Part shown: piece by piece, positions 44,111 to 55,451 of the stretch
Position numbering within the stretch: the stretch's first letter is position 1
Layout of the letters: each line of letters begins with the position of its first letter
Source of the DNA: Clostridiaceae bacterium
Lineage (GTDB): Bacteria; Bacillota; Clostridia; Saccharofermentanales; DTU023
DNA: 64,000 bases
Direction: 5' to 3'
Assembly (NCBI GenBank): GCA_012800435.1
Contig: JAAZJH010000072.1
Coordinates: 76,943 to 140,942, forward strand
The notes under the pieces: model-generated
Databases searched by the model: none
What the model was told of the DNA's origin: nothing
Seen by the model: only the letters and a program-made list of their open reading frames with translations
Translations under genes and position numbers: made by a program

Positions 44111-47100
44111 TTAGATACTTTCATCTTGCGGCACAAGCACGGCAAAGGTCATGTCGTTGCCATTAATATCCCATGTCTGCTGATTCGATCCGCGCGGAAG
44201 CGTCTCCCCATTCTCAAAGAAAAGCACCTCCGACGCGAGCACTTCGCCTGCAATATCTTCCGCGTGCCGTTCCACAAGCTCAGCGCCCTCTCCTCTCATG
44301 ACATAAAGACGAATACGGTCAGTCACTTCAAAATGACTTGAACGGCGCATTGTCTGAATTTTACTTACGATCTCGCGCAAAGTACCCTTTTCAATCAAGT
44401 CTTCCGTTAACATCGTGTCAAGCGCGACTTTATTTGCGCTTTCTCCCTCAACCACATAGCCTTTTGCAGATACTTCGCTGATCAGCAGATCGTCTTCCTT
44501 AAGCTGATATACTGTGCCGTCCACATCAATCTCAACATAGCCTTTCTCCCGCAACATAGCCATCGTAGTCTTGCCGGGAAGGGCTTCGATCATGGGACGC
44601 GCCTTGGGAAGATCCTTGCCCATAAGTCGACCGAGAGTACGAAGCTGTGGCTTAAACTCATAATCAACCAAGCGTTCATCATCGTCCGAGAACGTCAGTG
44701 TCTGAATATTCAGCTCATCTGTAACACAGATGGACAACTCGTCGGAAAGCGGATCGAAACCCATCGCGATCAGTTCTGAAAGCGGCTGTCGGATCTTTAT
44801 TTGCGCGCGGTTCCGCGCAGCTCGGCCAAGCGTAACGATCTCGCGTGCAACGTCCATATTTTTTTCAAGCTCCGGATCGATCCAAGTATCGTCGATCTCC
44901 GGGAAATCACAAAGGTGAACGCTTTCCGGCGCACCTTCAATATGATCTGCAACAAGATTTAAATAGACCATCTCTGCCATAAAAGGCGTGAAAGGCGCAA
45001 TCAGACGTGCCAAAGTCACAAGCACCTCATATAGAACCAAGTATGCAGTGATCTTGTCGTCATCCATGCCTCCTCCCCAGTAACGCTCTCTTGAACGACG
45101 AACGTACCAGTTTGATAATTCATCCGTAAAGGATTCAATCGCGCGCGCCGCGCCCGTAATATCCAGCGCGCTAAGCCTCGTATCGACGAACCGGATGAGC
45201 GAGTGAAGACGACTCATGATCCACCGATCCATCAGCGTCACATGATCTTTCAAAGGGAAATCGTCATAATCCTCTTTCAGGAAACCGTCGATGTTAGCGT
45301 AGAGAACAAAGAACGCGTACGTATTCCAGAACGTTCCCATAAAACGTCTTTTTGTCTCACGGATCAAGTCTTCCGAGAAACGCGCAGAAAGCCATGGATG
45401 GCTGCCCACATAGAACATCCAACGGATGGCGTCCGCGCCTTCCTTCGACAAAATATCATTGGGATCGACAACATTTCCGAGGTGCTTCGACATCTTGACA
45501 CCGTTTTGGTCAAGAACATGTCCCATCACAATACAGGATTTAAACGAGGTCTCATTGAAGAGGCAATTGCTTACCGCGTGCAAATTGTAAAACCAGCCGC
45601 GCGTTTGATCAATCGCTTCCGAAATGAAATCTGCGGGGAACCGTTCCTCAAAAATCTCGCGGTTTTCAAAAGGATAATGGTACTGCGCGAACGGCATCGC
45701 GCCGGAATCGTACCAGCAATCGATGACCTCGGGAACACGAGTCATCGAATCTTTGCACTTCGGACACGTCAGATGCACCGCATCAATCATCGGTTTATGT
45801 AATTCGATCTCCTCAGGACAATTCGGAGACATCTCCTTCAGCTCGGCAATAGAACCCACCACATGGCGGTGCGTACAGGATTCGCACTCCCAGATCGGGA
45901 GCGGGGTACCCCAGTAGCGCTCACGTGACAGACACCAGTCGATAACATTCTCTAAAAAGTGACCGAAGCGACCTGTTCCGATATGCGACGGAATCCAATT
46001 GATTTCCGCGTTGGTTTCAAGAAGACGATCCCGCAACGCCGTCATTTCAATGAACCAGTTCGAGCGAGCGTAGTAAATTAGCGATGTATCACAGCGCCAG
46101 CAGAACGGATATGTATGTTCTACTTCTTTTTCGAAAAGAAGGCTGTTCTCATTTTTAAGACGTTCTACCAATCCGTCGTCCGCATCCTTGCAAAACACTC
46201 CCGCAAAGTCAGATACTTCTTCCGTCATGGTGCCGTCTTCAGCTACAAACTGGATGTGCGGCAGATCATAGACGCGACCTAGGCGTGCGTCATCTTCACC
46301 GAATGCCGGCGCGATGTGAACGATACCTGTACCGTCCGTCAACGTGACGAAAGGATCGGACACGATATAAAAAGCTTTTTTGCCCTGCTCTGCGACAGTA
46401 TCCTCTGCGTATGGATAGATCGGCTGATATTGTGTACCAAGCAACTCCGAGCCCTTACACTTTTTCAATATACGCGCCTCTTCTCCGAACACCTCAGCAC
46501 TAAGTTCTTCCGCAATCCAGTAACGAGGACGCCCCACGGAACCGTCCGGTTCGTGATCGAGTTCACAGAGTACATAATTCTCTTTTTCATTGACACAAAG
46601 CGCGACGTTCGACGGCAACGTCCAAGGCGTTGTCGTCCAAGCGGCAAAATAGGTGTCGGGGTCTTCGACCGTTCGAAATCGCACGTAGATGGAACGTTCC
46701 TTGATGTTTCGATAGCCCTGTGCTACTTCATGACTTGAAAGTGACGTTCCGCAACGCGGACAATAAGGCACCACTTTGTGGCCCTTATACATCAGATTTT
46801 TATTCCAAATCTCTTTTAGCGACCACCAGACCGATTCAATGTAATTATTCTCATAGGTGATGTAGGGATTGTCCATATCTGCCCAAAAACCTACACGTTC
46901 GGACATTTCCTCCCATTCCCGCTTGTATTTCCAGACACTCTTTTTGCATTCTTCAATGAATTTATCGACACCGTAGGCTTCAATCTGCTCCTTGCCGTCA
47001 AGACCGAGGCGGCGCTCCACCTCAAGCTCCACAGGAAGACCATGAGTATCCCAGCCCGCTTTGCGAGGAACATGATACCCTTTCATCGTACGGTAACGCG

Positions 47101-47305
47101 GAATCAAATCCTTAATCGCGCGCGTCATCACATGCCCCGCATGCGGCTCACCGTTCGCCGTCGGAGGCCCCTCGTAAAAGGAGTAAATCGGAGCACCTTC
47201 TCTTATCTTCAAGGACTTTTCAAAAATCCGGTTATCTTTCCAAAACTTCAGAATTTTCTCTTCTCGCGGCACAAAATGGAGACTGTTATCAACTTTCTCG
47301 TACAT
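44111..47305 (-). CDS. ileS: isoleucine--tRNA ligase (long, type-2-like form, 1064 aa)
   Basis: PPTANGEPHAGH (HIGH), KMSKHLGN (KMSKS), and a CP1 editing region (WTTTPWTLPSN). Confidence 0.95.
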   Translation of the reverse strand: MYEKVDNSLHFVPREEKILKFWKDNRIFEKSLKIREGAPIYSFYEGPPTANGEPHAGHVMTRAIKDLIPRYRTMKGYHVPRKAGWDTHGLPVELEVERRLGLDGKEQIEAYGVDKFIEECKKSVWKYKREWEEMSERVGFWADMDNPYITYENNYIESVWWSLKEIWNKNLMYKGHKVVPYCPRCGTSLSSHEVAQGYRNIKERSIYVRFRTVEDPDTYFAAWTTTPWTLPSNVALCVNEKENYVLCELDHEPDGSVGRPRYWIAEELSAEVFGEEARILKKCKGSELLGTQYQPIYPYAEDTVAEQGKKAFYIVSDPFVTLTDGTGIVHIAPAFGEDDARLGRVYDLPHIQFVAEDGTMTEEVSDFAGVFCKDADDGLVERLKNENSLLFEKEVEHTYPFCWRCDTSLIYYARSNWFIEMTALRDRLLETNAEINWIPSHIGTGRFGHFLENVIDWCLSRERYWGTPLPIWECESCTHRHVVGSIAELKEMSPNCPEEIELHKPMIDAVHLTCPKCKDSMTRVPEVIDCWYDSGAMPFAQYHYPFENREIFEERFPADFISEAIDQTRGWFYNLHAVSNCLFNETSFKSCIVMGHVLDQNGVKMSKHLGNVVDPNDILSKEGADAIRWMFYVGSHPWLSARFSEDLIRETKRRFMGTFWNTYAFFVLYANIDGFLKEDYDDFPLKDHVTLMDRWIMSRLHSLIRFVDTRLSALDITGAARAIESFTDELSNWYVRRSRERYWGGGMDDDKITAYLVLYEVLVTLARLIAPFTPFMAEMVYLNLVADHIEGAPESVHLCDFPEIDDTWIDPELEKNMDVAREIVTLGRAARNRAQIKIRQPLSELIAMGFDPLSDELSICVTDELNIQTLTFSDDDERLVDYEFKPQLRTLGRLMGKDLPKARPMIEALPGKTTMAMLREKGYVEIDVDGTVYQLKEDDLLISEVSAKGYVVEGESANKVALDTMLTEDLIEKGTLREIVSKIQTMRRSSHFEVTDRIRLYVMRGEGAELVERHAEDIAGEVLASEVLFFENGETLPRGSNQQTWDINGNDMTFAVLVPQDESI

Positions 47306-47415
47306 GAATACTGTACTCCCTCTTTCTTGGCGCTATCGATTAGGTGGAGACAGCGCAAATCTTGATTTTAAAACGCCTTATCGAAAAACGATGTTTAATA
47401 ACTTAAAATCGTCTC

Positions 47416-47424
47416 ATTCTACCA
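47416..47424 (-). promoter_or_regulatory. candidate extended -10 element (TGgTAGAAT) upstream of ileS
   Basis: The minus strand reads cggtaTGgTAGAATgagac about 110 nt upstream of the ileS ATG. There is no clear -35. Confidence 0.3.
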
Positions 47425-47475
47425 TACCGCGCAAAATAACCCATGACTTGAAAAGCGGGGCGCCTTTTATGTAGG

Positions 47476-48426
47476 ATGCTAACTATGAATATGTGGCCTA
47501 TTTTGTTCTCGATTATAGGCGCGATCGGCGTTCTTTGTCTTCTCTATGGCTTCTTTATTGAACCGAAGTTTATTCGTCAGCGCCACGTGACCGTAACGCT
47601 TCCCGCCCCGCGCGTAACACATCTTACAAAACCGCTCAAAGTAGTCTTCTTCTCGGACATTCACATCGGCCCCCGTACGACAAAAGATAAACTGGATCGA
47701 CAGATGCGCGCAATCATGCGAAATAAACCGGATGCCATCATATTCGGAGGCGATCTCGTCGAGGAAGCGACACCGCTCGCTGATGAAGCTGTTCAATCAA
47801 TGACGATCTCCGCTTTAGCGTCTCTCGAAGCGCCTCTCGGAAAATGGGCGGTTTTTGGAAATCACGATCTTGAGGCGCCGCGGTTTCGTCGATGGACAGA
47901 AAAAGTCCTCCATGCATCCGGTTTCAAGATCCTCGAAAATGAGGGAGCCTGCCTTGAAGAACTGCCTTTATGGGGATTTGAAGACGCGCTTCACGGTACA
48001 CCCTCACGAGACACCAACAATGGACTTCGACATAATTGCTTTGAAATCAATGACATTTCGGGATGCATTAGTTCTGAAAAAACACTATCTCGTCACACTG
48101 ATCCACTATCGCCGTTTACCCTTTACATCTCACATGAACCCGATACGGCTCTACTCTATCAAGATGAAGAAGTTACCGGGCTGATGCTTTCCGGGCACTC
48201 GCATTACGGACAAGTGACCCTCTTCGGATTGCCTCTCATACGCGTACCCGCTGCAAAACATTTCGTGAAAGGACATTACGATGTGCAATCTGATTTGAAA
48301 CTTATCATTAGCGCGGGACTGGGTACCGTACATATTCACGCACGCTTTTTTGCACGACCCGATATCGTAACAGTTCTCTTTCAACCTTCAACAAAGGCGA
48401 CCGATATCGCTTACTCGTTCAAGTAA
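47476..48426 (+). CDS. membrane-anchored metallophosphoesterase (YkuE/calcineurin-like)
   Basis: N-terminal TM helix, then VVFFSDIHIG, GGDLVEE, GNHD and SGHSH motifs. ATG 47485 is an alternative start. Confidence 0.75.
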   Translation: MLTMNMWPILFSIIGAIGVLCLLYGFFIEPKFIRQRHVTVTLPAPRVTHLTKPLKVVFFSDIHIGPRTTKDKLDRQMRAIMRNKPDAIIFGGDLVEEATPLADEAVQSMTISALASLEAPLGKWAVFGNHDLEAPRFRRWTEKVLHASGFKILENEGACLEELPLWGFEDALHGTPSRDTNNGLRHNCFEINDISGCISSEKTLSRHTDPLSPFTLYISHEPDTALLYQDEEVTGLMLSGHSHYGQVTLFGLPLIRVPAAKHFVKGHYDVQSDLKLIISAGLGTVHIHARFFARPDIVTVLFQPSTKATDIAYSFK

Positions 48427-48570
48427 TCAAAATCAGCCTTGCCGATAATCTGTCAAATTAAAAAGACCGAAACACAATTCCCTTTACGGCAGTGACCGTC
48501 AATTCGTTGCCGTACAAGTTAAGGTGTCGATGGTCTATTTTTCACTTTTTCTTCTATCGTGATCAGTATA

Positions 48571-50154
48571 TTAAGTTTGAAAAAAATGACGTTTACGTTC
48601 AATCAGATCATCAAGCTTCCGGATATAGAGGTCGATGTCTTTGGGATTGTGAAAACGCTTCGCCGTCCTCTCGAATATTTTTTTTGAAGACGATCCGCTC
48701 CCCAGACCGATAACCGGCACCTGATCGCTCATCATTGCGACATTATATACACATGAGTAATTCGGACGCGCAAATCCGGTATTTTCAAGTCCGCCTCGAC
48801 AATTTTTCTGCCTATACAAATAGTACGGAAAATAACCGGATGAACGCAGAAGATGATGCGCTTTTTCGATAGCTTCCTCAAGCTTAGGATCTGGTCTAAA
48901 AAGCGCCGTTGCGCCTATTTCTCGATCAAAGAATGAGCCTTTTTTGATGGACAGCGTGTGTAACGTGATACTTTCCGGCCCGAGATCAAGCACCGCTCGC
49001 ACCGAGTTCAGAAGCTCTTCCTCCGTCTCTTTCGGAAGACCTGCGATCAGATCCATATTGATATCTTGAAAGCCTGCCTTTCGCGCTAATTGAAAGGCAT
49101 AATAAACATCAGCAGTTGTATGGCATCGTCCGATCAGCCGGAGCGTTTCATCATGCATCGACTGAGGATTGATACAAAGTCGCCGAAATCCAAGCGCGTG
49201 AAGAATAGCGAGTTTCTCTTCGTTGAGTGTATCAGGACGACCCGCTTCCATCGTAAATTCCGTCTTGTCATCAATTGGAAGTACGCGAAGCACGCCTTCG
49301 AGATAACGTTGTAAAAGTGGCGCAGGAAGGCTTGTCGGCGTTCCGCCTCCAAAGTAAACAGCCGCAATACGACCTTGGGAAGAAACACCGTTCCTTTGAA
49401 AACATCTTGTGATTCTCTCGTCTAAAAACAGGGATTCTGCCTCATGAATAACGGCATCAACGTAATCAGGAAGCGCTTTACTCTGACGTATGGCATCCTG
49501 CGTAATAAAACTGCAATACGCACAACGGCTGGGACAAAATGGCAGGCCGACGTAGACGATCATATCGCCGCGCGTGGTATCTATCGTTTGCAGGATGCGC
49601 GCTTCACTTTTTGCCGTTTCGACGGCAAGTTCAGCCTTCGCTTGACTCGTTTTCCAATTGCTTACTAAGCGCGCTGCGGCACGCGCATCGGCCTCGTCAC
49701 CTTCCCTACGCGCTTGCTCTAGCTCTCGAAGCGCGATATCGGTCGGTCGAACACCTGTCAGCATGCCCCATGGAAACGTAAGCCCGGTCAACTCAGAAAG
49801 CACATTGAAAAGCTGGCGACGAATCGTCTCTCTTAATAGAGGAAGCGAAACGTCCGCTTCCTCTGCCTGCTCTTCACCATCAGTTTGAAGAGTCGTTCGG
49901 ACATAAACGGCATGATCAGCATACGCGCCGGTTCGAGATGCATGACGTGCCGCTTGAGGCGGTATCTGAGGCTTGCACGCGATGGTGATTATCGCCCCGT
50001 CAGGAATCAATGACGCTCCGTCATTATACTCATCTACGACGACGTGAAAAGTCTTTACTCCAGTAGCGCTGACATTCGAAAAGAAGTGATGAAGCATTCC
50101 GGAAACGGCCGCCCGTTCCTCATGTCCTTCCAGAATCACTGTGATCGTCGTCAT
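48571..50154 (-). CDS. radical SAM coproporphyrinogen-dehydrogenase-like protein (HemZ/HemN family) with an N-terminal extension of about 190 aa
   Basis: GLPFCPSRCAYCSF (CxxxCxxC), GGGTPT, and a HemN-type C-terminal region. Confidence 0.8.
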   Translation of the reverse strand: MTTITVILEGHEERAAVSGMLHHFFSNVSATGVKTFHVVVDEYNDGASLIPDGAIITIACKPQIPPQAARHASRTGAYADHAVYVRTTLQTDGEEQAEEADVSLPLLRETIRRQLFNVLSELTGLTFPWGMLTGVRPTDIALRELEQARREGDEADARAAARLVSNWKTSQAKAELAVETAKSEARILQTIDTTRGDMIVYVGLPFCPSRCAYCSFITQDAIRQSKALPDYVDAVIHEAESLFLDERITRCFQRNGVSSQGRIAAVYFGGGTPTSLPAPLLQRYLEGVLRVLPIDDKTEFTMEAGRPDTLNEEKLAILHALGFRRLCINPQSMHDETLRLIGRCHTTADVYYAFQLARKAGFQDINMDLIAGLPKETEEELLNSVRAVLDLGPESITLHTLSIKKGSFFDREIGATALFRPDPKLEEAIEKAHHLLRSSGYFPYYLYRQKNCRGGLENTGFARPNYSCVYNVAMMSDQVPVIGLGSGSSSKKIFERTAKRFHNPKDIDLYIRKLDDLIERKRHFFQT

Positions 50155-50177
50155 AGCAATGTTACTTTAGGCGCGCG

Positions 50178-51122
50178 TCAAAAGGTCGGCAGACCAAGGA
50201 TAAGCGACAATACAATAAACAGGATCGGTTGGTGAAGCACGTAGACCCAAAGCGCGTTGCGACCGAGAAAACAAAATGGGCGCATAAGAAGCGGCAAACA
50301 ATCATTGTTACGTTTTTGATCTTCTTCGGAAGATGCTAATGGTGTCTTATTCTGCCTCGATTTTGGAAAAAGCAAATGTCCGACAGCGGCTCCAATCAGG
50401 AAGAACCCCATCCCCGGAAAAAGCGACATGCCGTCCATAACATCTCTTCCCGTTGGAGGCACACCCAGTATTAGAAAAAGCCCATTCTTTGACGATGAGG
50501 GCAACAGCGGTTCCAACAGACCGGCGGCTAAAATGCCCATCGCGCCGATCATGATAAGAAGCGCAATTTTTTGATTCAGATGAAGCGTCTTTTCCTGCCC
50601 GTCATAAATATTAATTGCTTCTTCACTTAAAACACCGGACTCGTCATTTTCAGACATCAATAGCAGCTCGTCATTTACAGAATGAACACCGGGTTCTTTA
50701 GAGGCGCCATGATGATCATCAGAACGCATGAGTAAGGAGTAAAGAAAGATAGAGCATGCAATAACATGGATCACGTTGAAATAAATGATGCCGACAGGAG
50801 CGATCCAGCGATCGATGATCCACGAGCCCAACGTCTCTACAAAACCGAGCACGAGCATACGAAAACCGCGCTTTAAATTGTTTTTAGAGAAGACGGAGCT
50901 AATCCCCGACACAGTAAGAAAAACGGCGAGCACAATTGGTCGACCGATACCGATAAACCAGTATTCCTCCTGAAAAGCAAAAAGATCCAATCCATAAAGG
51001 TAACGCACATTCATAATCGCATGGTGAAATACCATGAGCGCAAGCGCCGCACCGCGCGCAAAATCAAGCGACGGCAGCCGGTTGCTCTTTACAGTTTTAG
51101 ATTTAGGAGAGATCCGGTTCAT
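50178..51122 (-). CDS. multi-pass membrane protein, DUF1624 / heparan-alpha-glucosaminide N-acetyltransferase-like
   Basis: RLPSLDFARGAALALMVFHHA at the N-terminus, about 8 predicted TM helices, and one internal acidic loop. Confidence 0.6.
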   Translation of the reverse strand: MNRISPKSKTVKSNRLPSLDFARGAALALMVFHHAIMNVRYLYGLDLFAFQEEYWFIGIGRPIVLAVFLTVSGISSVFSKNNLKRGFRMLVLGFVETLGSWIIDRWIAPVGIIYFNVIHVIACSIFLYSLLMRSDDHHGASKEPGVHSVNDELLLMSENDESGVLSEEAINIYDGQEKTLHLNQKIALLIMIGAMGILAAGLLEPLLPSSSKNGLFLILGVPPTGRDVMDGMSLFPGMGFFLIGAAVGHLLFPKSRQNKTPLASSEEDQKRNNDCLPLLMRPFCFLGRNALWVYVLHQPILFIVLSLILGLPTF

Positions 51123-51144
51123 TGTTCAAAAAACATCAACGTAT

Positions 51145-51186
51145 GAAAGAAAAGATCCTGCCGCCTGAAGAATCAGGCAGCAGGAT
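51145..51186 (-). terminator. rho-independent terminator after ppdK
   Basis: 14-bp stem with one mismatch, atcctgccgcctga (51155-51168) with tcaggcagcaggat (51173-51186), and a 4-nt loop. On the minus strand it is followed by CTTTTCTTTC. Confidence 0.8.
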
Positions 51187-51206
51187 GATCAGATAAACTG
51201 TTTCTA

Positions 51207-53834
51207 TTATTTATTTTTCGGATAGCGAATCGCTGACTGAGCTGCGGCAAGACGCGCAATCGGTACGCGATAGGGTGAGCACGACACATAGTCTAGCCCG
51301 AGCATCTGGCAGAACTCTACTGATGACGGATCACCGCCATGTTCTCCGCAAATACCCAATTCAATCGTCGGATGAGTTTTGCGCCCGCGCTCCACAGCCA
51401 TACGCATCAGCACACCCACGCCTTCACGATCAATGTGTGCCGTCGGATCGGCGTCAAAGATGCCTTTCTGGTAGTACGTTTCAAGAATCTTGCCGGCGTC
51501 ATCACGCGACAGTCCATAGGTCATCTGAGTCAGGTCGTTCGTGCCGAAGCTGAAGAAATCGGCCTCCTTGGCAACTTCGTCCGCCGTGATGCAAGCGCGC
51601 GGAATTTCAATCATTGTGCCGATCATGTATTTCAACTTGAGTCCTGACGCTTCAATCAACTCATCGGCAGCTGCTTTGCAGACTTCTCGCAACAGTGCCA
51701 GTTCTTTAACATCGCTCACTAACGGAATCATGATCTCCGGTATGACATCGACACCCTCGCGAATAGCTTCAAGCGCCGCGCCAATAATGGCTTTTGTCTG
51801 CATTTCGGCAATTTCGGGATAGCTGATGGCCAAACGACAACCGCGGTGCCCAAGCATGGGGTTAATCTCGTGGAGACTGTCAACGATCGTTTTTAATTCC
51901 GCAACGTTCATTTTGAGCGCTGCCGCCAGATCTTCGATCTCTGAATCTCTCGTCGGAAGGAATTCGTGTAGCGGAGGGTCAAGCAAGCGGATAATGACCG
52001 GCAGACCATCCATCACGCGGAACAGTCCGAGGAAGTCATTCTGTTGCATCGGCAGAATATGCGCGAGTGCCTCGCGTCGAGCCTTCTCGTCGCGCGACAC
52101 AATCATCTGCCGGAAGGCAAAGATGCGATCCGTCTCAAAGAACATGTGCTCTGTGCGGGTCAATCCGATACCCACTGCACCTAGATCACGTGCAACCTGC
52201 GCATCGTGCGGCGTATCGGCGTTCGTCCTGACACGAAGCTCGCTGAATTCATCCGCCCAAGACATGATCGTCTGGAAATTGCCGGACATCTGCGCTTCGC
52301 GCGTCTCAATTTGACCTTCGTAGACGATGCCGGTAGAACCGTCAATCGAGATAAAATCATCGTAGCTATAGACTTTGCCATCAGCCGTCATCGTTCCGGC
52401 ATCCATATCAATGATGAGATCTGAACATCCGGAGACACAAGACTTGCCCATACCGCGTGCCACAACAGCAGCGTGAGAGGTCATGCCCCCGCGAGAAGTC
52501 AGAATGCCGACCGCAATGCTCATACCTTGGATATCCTCCGGAGAAGTTTCTTCACGTACGAGAATGACATTGCGACCTTCGGCATGCGCTTTCTCCGCTT
52601 CTTCAGCATTGAACACGATTTGTCCGGTTGCCGCTCCGGGAGATGCCGGAAGTCCTTTTGCGATCTGTTTTCCTTTTTTCAGGCTTTCTTCATCAAACAT
52701 GGGATGGAGCAACGCGTCCAGCTGCGCAGGATCGATACGTAGGAGCGCTTCTTCACGAGAAATGATGCCTTCTGCCACCATATCCACCGCAATTTGAAGC
52801 GCTGCCGTCGCGGTGCGCTTTCCGTTGCGCGTCTGAAGAATAAAAAGCTTGCCGTCTTCAATCGTAAACTCGATATCCTGCATATCGCCGTAGTGGTGTT
52901 CAAGCTGCTTAACGATTGACGCAAACTGCTCGTATATCTTAGGCATCTGTTCTTCCAAGTGCGCGATCGGCTCGGGAGTACGGATACCTGCCACCACATC
53001 CTCACCTTGCGCGTTGATCAAGTATTCGCCGAATAGTTCATGTTCTCCGGTGGCAGGATTACGTGAGAACGCCACGCCGGTGCCCGAGTTTTCACCCATG
53101 TTGCCGTATACCATCTCGTTTATGCTGACGGCGGTGCCCCACTGGCTCGGAATATTATTCATTTTGCGGTAGAAAATCGCGCGTTCATTATTCCAAGAGC
53201 GGAAAACAGCCTCAATGGCGGCAATAAGCTGTTGTTGTACGTCTTCGGGGAAAGTGCTCTTCCTGTTCTTTTCATAGATCGCCTTGAACGCTTTAACAAT
53301 GTTCTTGAAATCGTCCGCACTGAGATCCATGTCATTTTCCACGCCTTTTTCACTCTTTACGCGGCTCAATTCAGCCTCAAAGAGCGACGCGTCAATTCCC
53401 ATCACGACATCTGAAAACATCATAACGAAGCGACGATAACTGTCGTAGACGAACTTAGGATTATTAGTCAGTCGGATCATCCCTTCTGCCACACGGTCAT
53501 TAAAACCAAGGTTGAGAACTGTATCCATCATCCCCGGCATCGAGACACGGGCTCCTGAACGAACCGACACGAGCAGCGGCTTCTCCGTATCGCCAAAACC
53601 TTTGCCGGTAACTTCTTCCAGTTTTGTTACGGCACTGAAGATCTGATCTTTGATCTCAGGCGAGATCATTTGGCCGTCGCTGTAATAGCGGTTGCAGGCT
53701 TCGGTCGTGACCGTAAAACCATTGGGTACCGGAAGACCGAGCTTCACCATCTCAGAAAGGTTAGCAGCCTTGCCGCCGAGAAGGTTGCGCATCGTTGCAT
53801 CGCCTTCAGAAAACATGTACACATACTTTGTCAT
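51207..53834 (-). CDS. ppdK: pyruvate, phosphate dikinase
   Basis: MTKYVYMFSEGDATMRNLLGGKAANLSEM, GGMTSHAAVVARGMGK (catalytic His loop), and a C-terminal PEP-utilising TIM barrel (FFSFGTNDLTQ). ATG 53834 is 6 nt after GGAGGA. Confidence 0.95.
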   Translation of the reverse strand: MTKYVYMFSEGDATMRNLLGGKAANLSEMVKLGLPVPNGFTVTTEACNRYYSDGQMISPEIKDQIFSAVTKLEEVTGKGFGDTEKPLLVSVRSGARVSMPGMMDTVLNLGFNDRVAEGMIRLTNNPKFVYDSYRRFVMMFSDVVMGIDASLFEAELSRVKSEKGVENDMDLSADDFKNIVKAFKAIYEKNRKSTFPEDVQQQLIAAIEAVFRSWNNERAIFYRKMNNIPSQWGTAVSINEMVYGNMGENSGTGVAFSRNPATGEHELFGEYLINAQGEDVVAGIRTPEPIAHLEEQMPKIYEQFASIVKQLEHHYGDMQDIEFTIEDGKLFILQTRNGKRTATAALQIAVDMVAEGIISREEALLRIDPAQLDALLHPMFDEESLKKGKQIAKGLPASPGAATGQIVFNAEEAEKAHAEGRNVILVREETSPEDIQGMSIAVGILTSRGGMTSHAAVVARGMGKSCVSGCSDLIIDMDAGTMTADGKVYSYDDFISIDGSTGIVYEGQIETREAQMSGNFQTIMSWADEFSELRVRTNADTPHDAQVARDLGAVGIGLTRTEHMFFETDRIFAFRQMIVSRDEKARREALAHILPMQQNDFLGLFRVMDGLPVIIRLLDPPLHEFLPTRDSEIEDLAAALKMNVAELKTIVDSLHEINPMLGHRGCRLAISYPEIAEMQTKAIIGAALEAIREGVDVIPEIMIPLVSDVKELALLREVCKAAADELIEASGLKLKYMIGTMIEIPRACITADEVAKEADFFSFGTNDLTQMTYGLSRDDAGKILETYYQKGIFDADPTAHIDREGVGVLMRMAVERGRKTHPTIELGICGEHGGDPSSVEFCQMLGLDYVSCSPYRVPIARLAAAQSAIRYPKNK

Positions 53835-54055
53835 TAACATTCCTCCACAATTTTATATGGCTGTCGGACTTTATCCAGCAGCGCTATGACTCTATTTTTG
53901 TTTCACACAGCAAGGGTAACATCCCGCTGTGGTTGACCAATTATTCAATGTTTGTACCGCAGACACCACGATAAGCGCGAAGAAATGCGTCACCTCAAAA
54001 AAGACGGCCAACGCGCATATCGTCGCACACAATCGCGGCATAACATGGTACGACA

Positions 54056-55450
54056 TTATGGCAAATCAAACTTACCTTCAAAAAAGGACTCAAGTTCCTC
54101 GATCGGCAAACGAATTTGCTCCATTGAATCTCGTTCACGTACTGTAACGCACTGATCCTCGAGCGAATCAAAGTCGAATGTGACAGCATACGGCGTACCA
54201 ATTTCATCCTGACGTCGATAACGCCTGCCAATCGACTGGCGTGTATCAAATTCGGCGATCACGTTACGCATCAACATGCGATAGACCTTCTCCGCTTCCG
54301 GGGCAAGCTTTGCAGAAAGCGGAAGAACAGCTACCTGAACAGGTGCCATCGCTGGACTAAAGCGCATCACCGTACGCGTCGATCCGTCCTCCAGTATTTC
54401 TTCTTCATAGGCATCTGAAAGAATAGCTAAAAGCAAACGGTCAACTCCAAGCGACGGCTCGACAACATACGGGATATATTTCTCATTTTTATCCGGATCG
54501 AAATACATAAGGTCTTGGCGGGAATGCTCCATGTGCTGCTTCAAGTCGTAATCTGTTCTGCTCGCAATTCCCCAGAGTTCTCCCCAGCCGAACGGATAGA
54601 GGTATTCGATATCCGTCGTCGCCTTTGAATAAAATGAGAGCTCATCAGGACTATGGTCACGCAAACGAAGATGATTCTCACGTATGCCGAGATCAAGCAA
54701 CCACTTTACGCAAAATTCGCGCCAATACTCGAACCATTCGGTATCTGTTCCCGGTTCACAGAAAAACTGGAGCTCCATCTGCTCAAATTCACGCGTGCGG
54801 AAAATGAAATTGCCCGGTGTGATTTCGTTGCGAAATGCTTTACCGATCTGAGCAATGCCGAACGGTATTTTCCTTCGCGACGTGCGCTGGACATTCCGAA
54901 AATTGACAAAAATGCCTTGTGCCGTCTCAGGACGCAGATAAAGTTGGGCAAGACTATCTTCCGTGACACCCTGATACGTCTTGAACATAAGATTGAACGT
55001 ACGAACATTTGTAAAGTCGTGCGCACCGCATTTCGGACATGGAACCTTATGCTCCAAAATATAGTCGCCTAGCGCCTCGTTGGACCAACCGACCACCGGC
55101 AGTTTAATCCCCTGCGCTTCATTCCAGTCTTCAATTAGCTGATCGGCACGGCTACGACTGCCACAAGATCTGCAATCGACTTGAGGGTCGGAAAAACCTG
55201 CAACGTGACCGGAGGCGACCCAAACTTCAGGATTCATGAGGATGGCCGCGTCGAGACCTTCATTTAGCGGACACGTCTCAACGAAACGACGCCACCAAGC
55301 AGCCTTGATGCGACGTTTCAACGCCACACCATAAGGTCCATAGTCCCAGGCGTTGGCCAGTCCGCCATATATATCCGATCCCGGATACACAAATCCGCGA
55401 TTGGCGCATAGATTAACAATGGTAGAAAGCGCATGTTCTTTGTTAGACAC
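54056..55450 (-). CDS. glyQS: glycine--tRNA ligase (homodimeric GlyQS type)
   Basis: [24 protein letters not shown] and [26 protein letters not shown] prefer GTG 55450, which has GAGGGAG 6 nt upstream and sits 1 nt after the rpoZ stop, over the track ATG 55477, which overlaps rpoZ. Confidence 0.93.
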   Translation of the reverse strand: MSNKEHALSTIVNLCANRGFVYPGSDIYGGLANAWDYGPYGVALKRRIKAAWWRRFVETCPLNEGLDAAILMNPEVWVASGHVAGFSDPQVDCRSCGSRSRADQLIEDWNEAQGIKLPVVGWSNEALGDYILEHKVPCPKCGAHDFTNVRTFNLMFKTYQGVTEDSLAQLYLRPETAQGIFVNFRNVQRTSRRKIPFGIAQIGKAFRNEITPGNFIFRTREFEQMELQFFCEPGTDTEWFEYWREFCVKWLLDLGIRENHLRLRDHSPDELSFYSKATTDIEYLYPFGWGELWGIASRTDYDLKQHMEHSRQDLMYFDPDKNEKYIPYVVEPSLGVDRLLLAILSDAYEEEILEDGSTRTVMRFSPAMAPVQVAVLPLSAKLAPEAEKVYRMLMRNVIAEFDTRQSIGRRYRRQDEIGTPYAVTFDFDSLEDQCVTVRERDSMEQIRLPIEELESFFEGKFDLP

Positions 55451-55451
55451 G

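Noticed and set aside
47306-47475. T-box leaders upstream of ileS, and upstream of glyQS around 55451.
   Set aside because: The ileS upstream region is only about 170 nt, is shared with a divergent gene, and lacks the T-box core (GGTGGnACCGCG type) on the correct strand. glyQS starts 1 nt after rpoZ, so there is no leader at all.
48485-48514. 7-bp hairpin (tacggca ... tgccgta, 16-nt loop) between the convergent metallophosphoesterase and HemZ-like genes, considered as a bidirectional terminator.
   Set aside because: The loop is large and the stem short, and no U-tract lies adjacent on either strand. I did not call it as a terminator.
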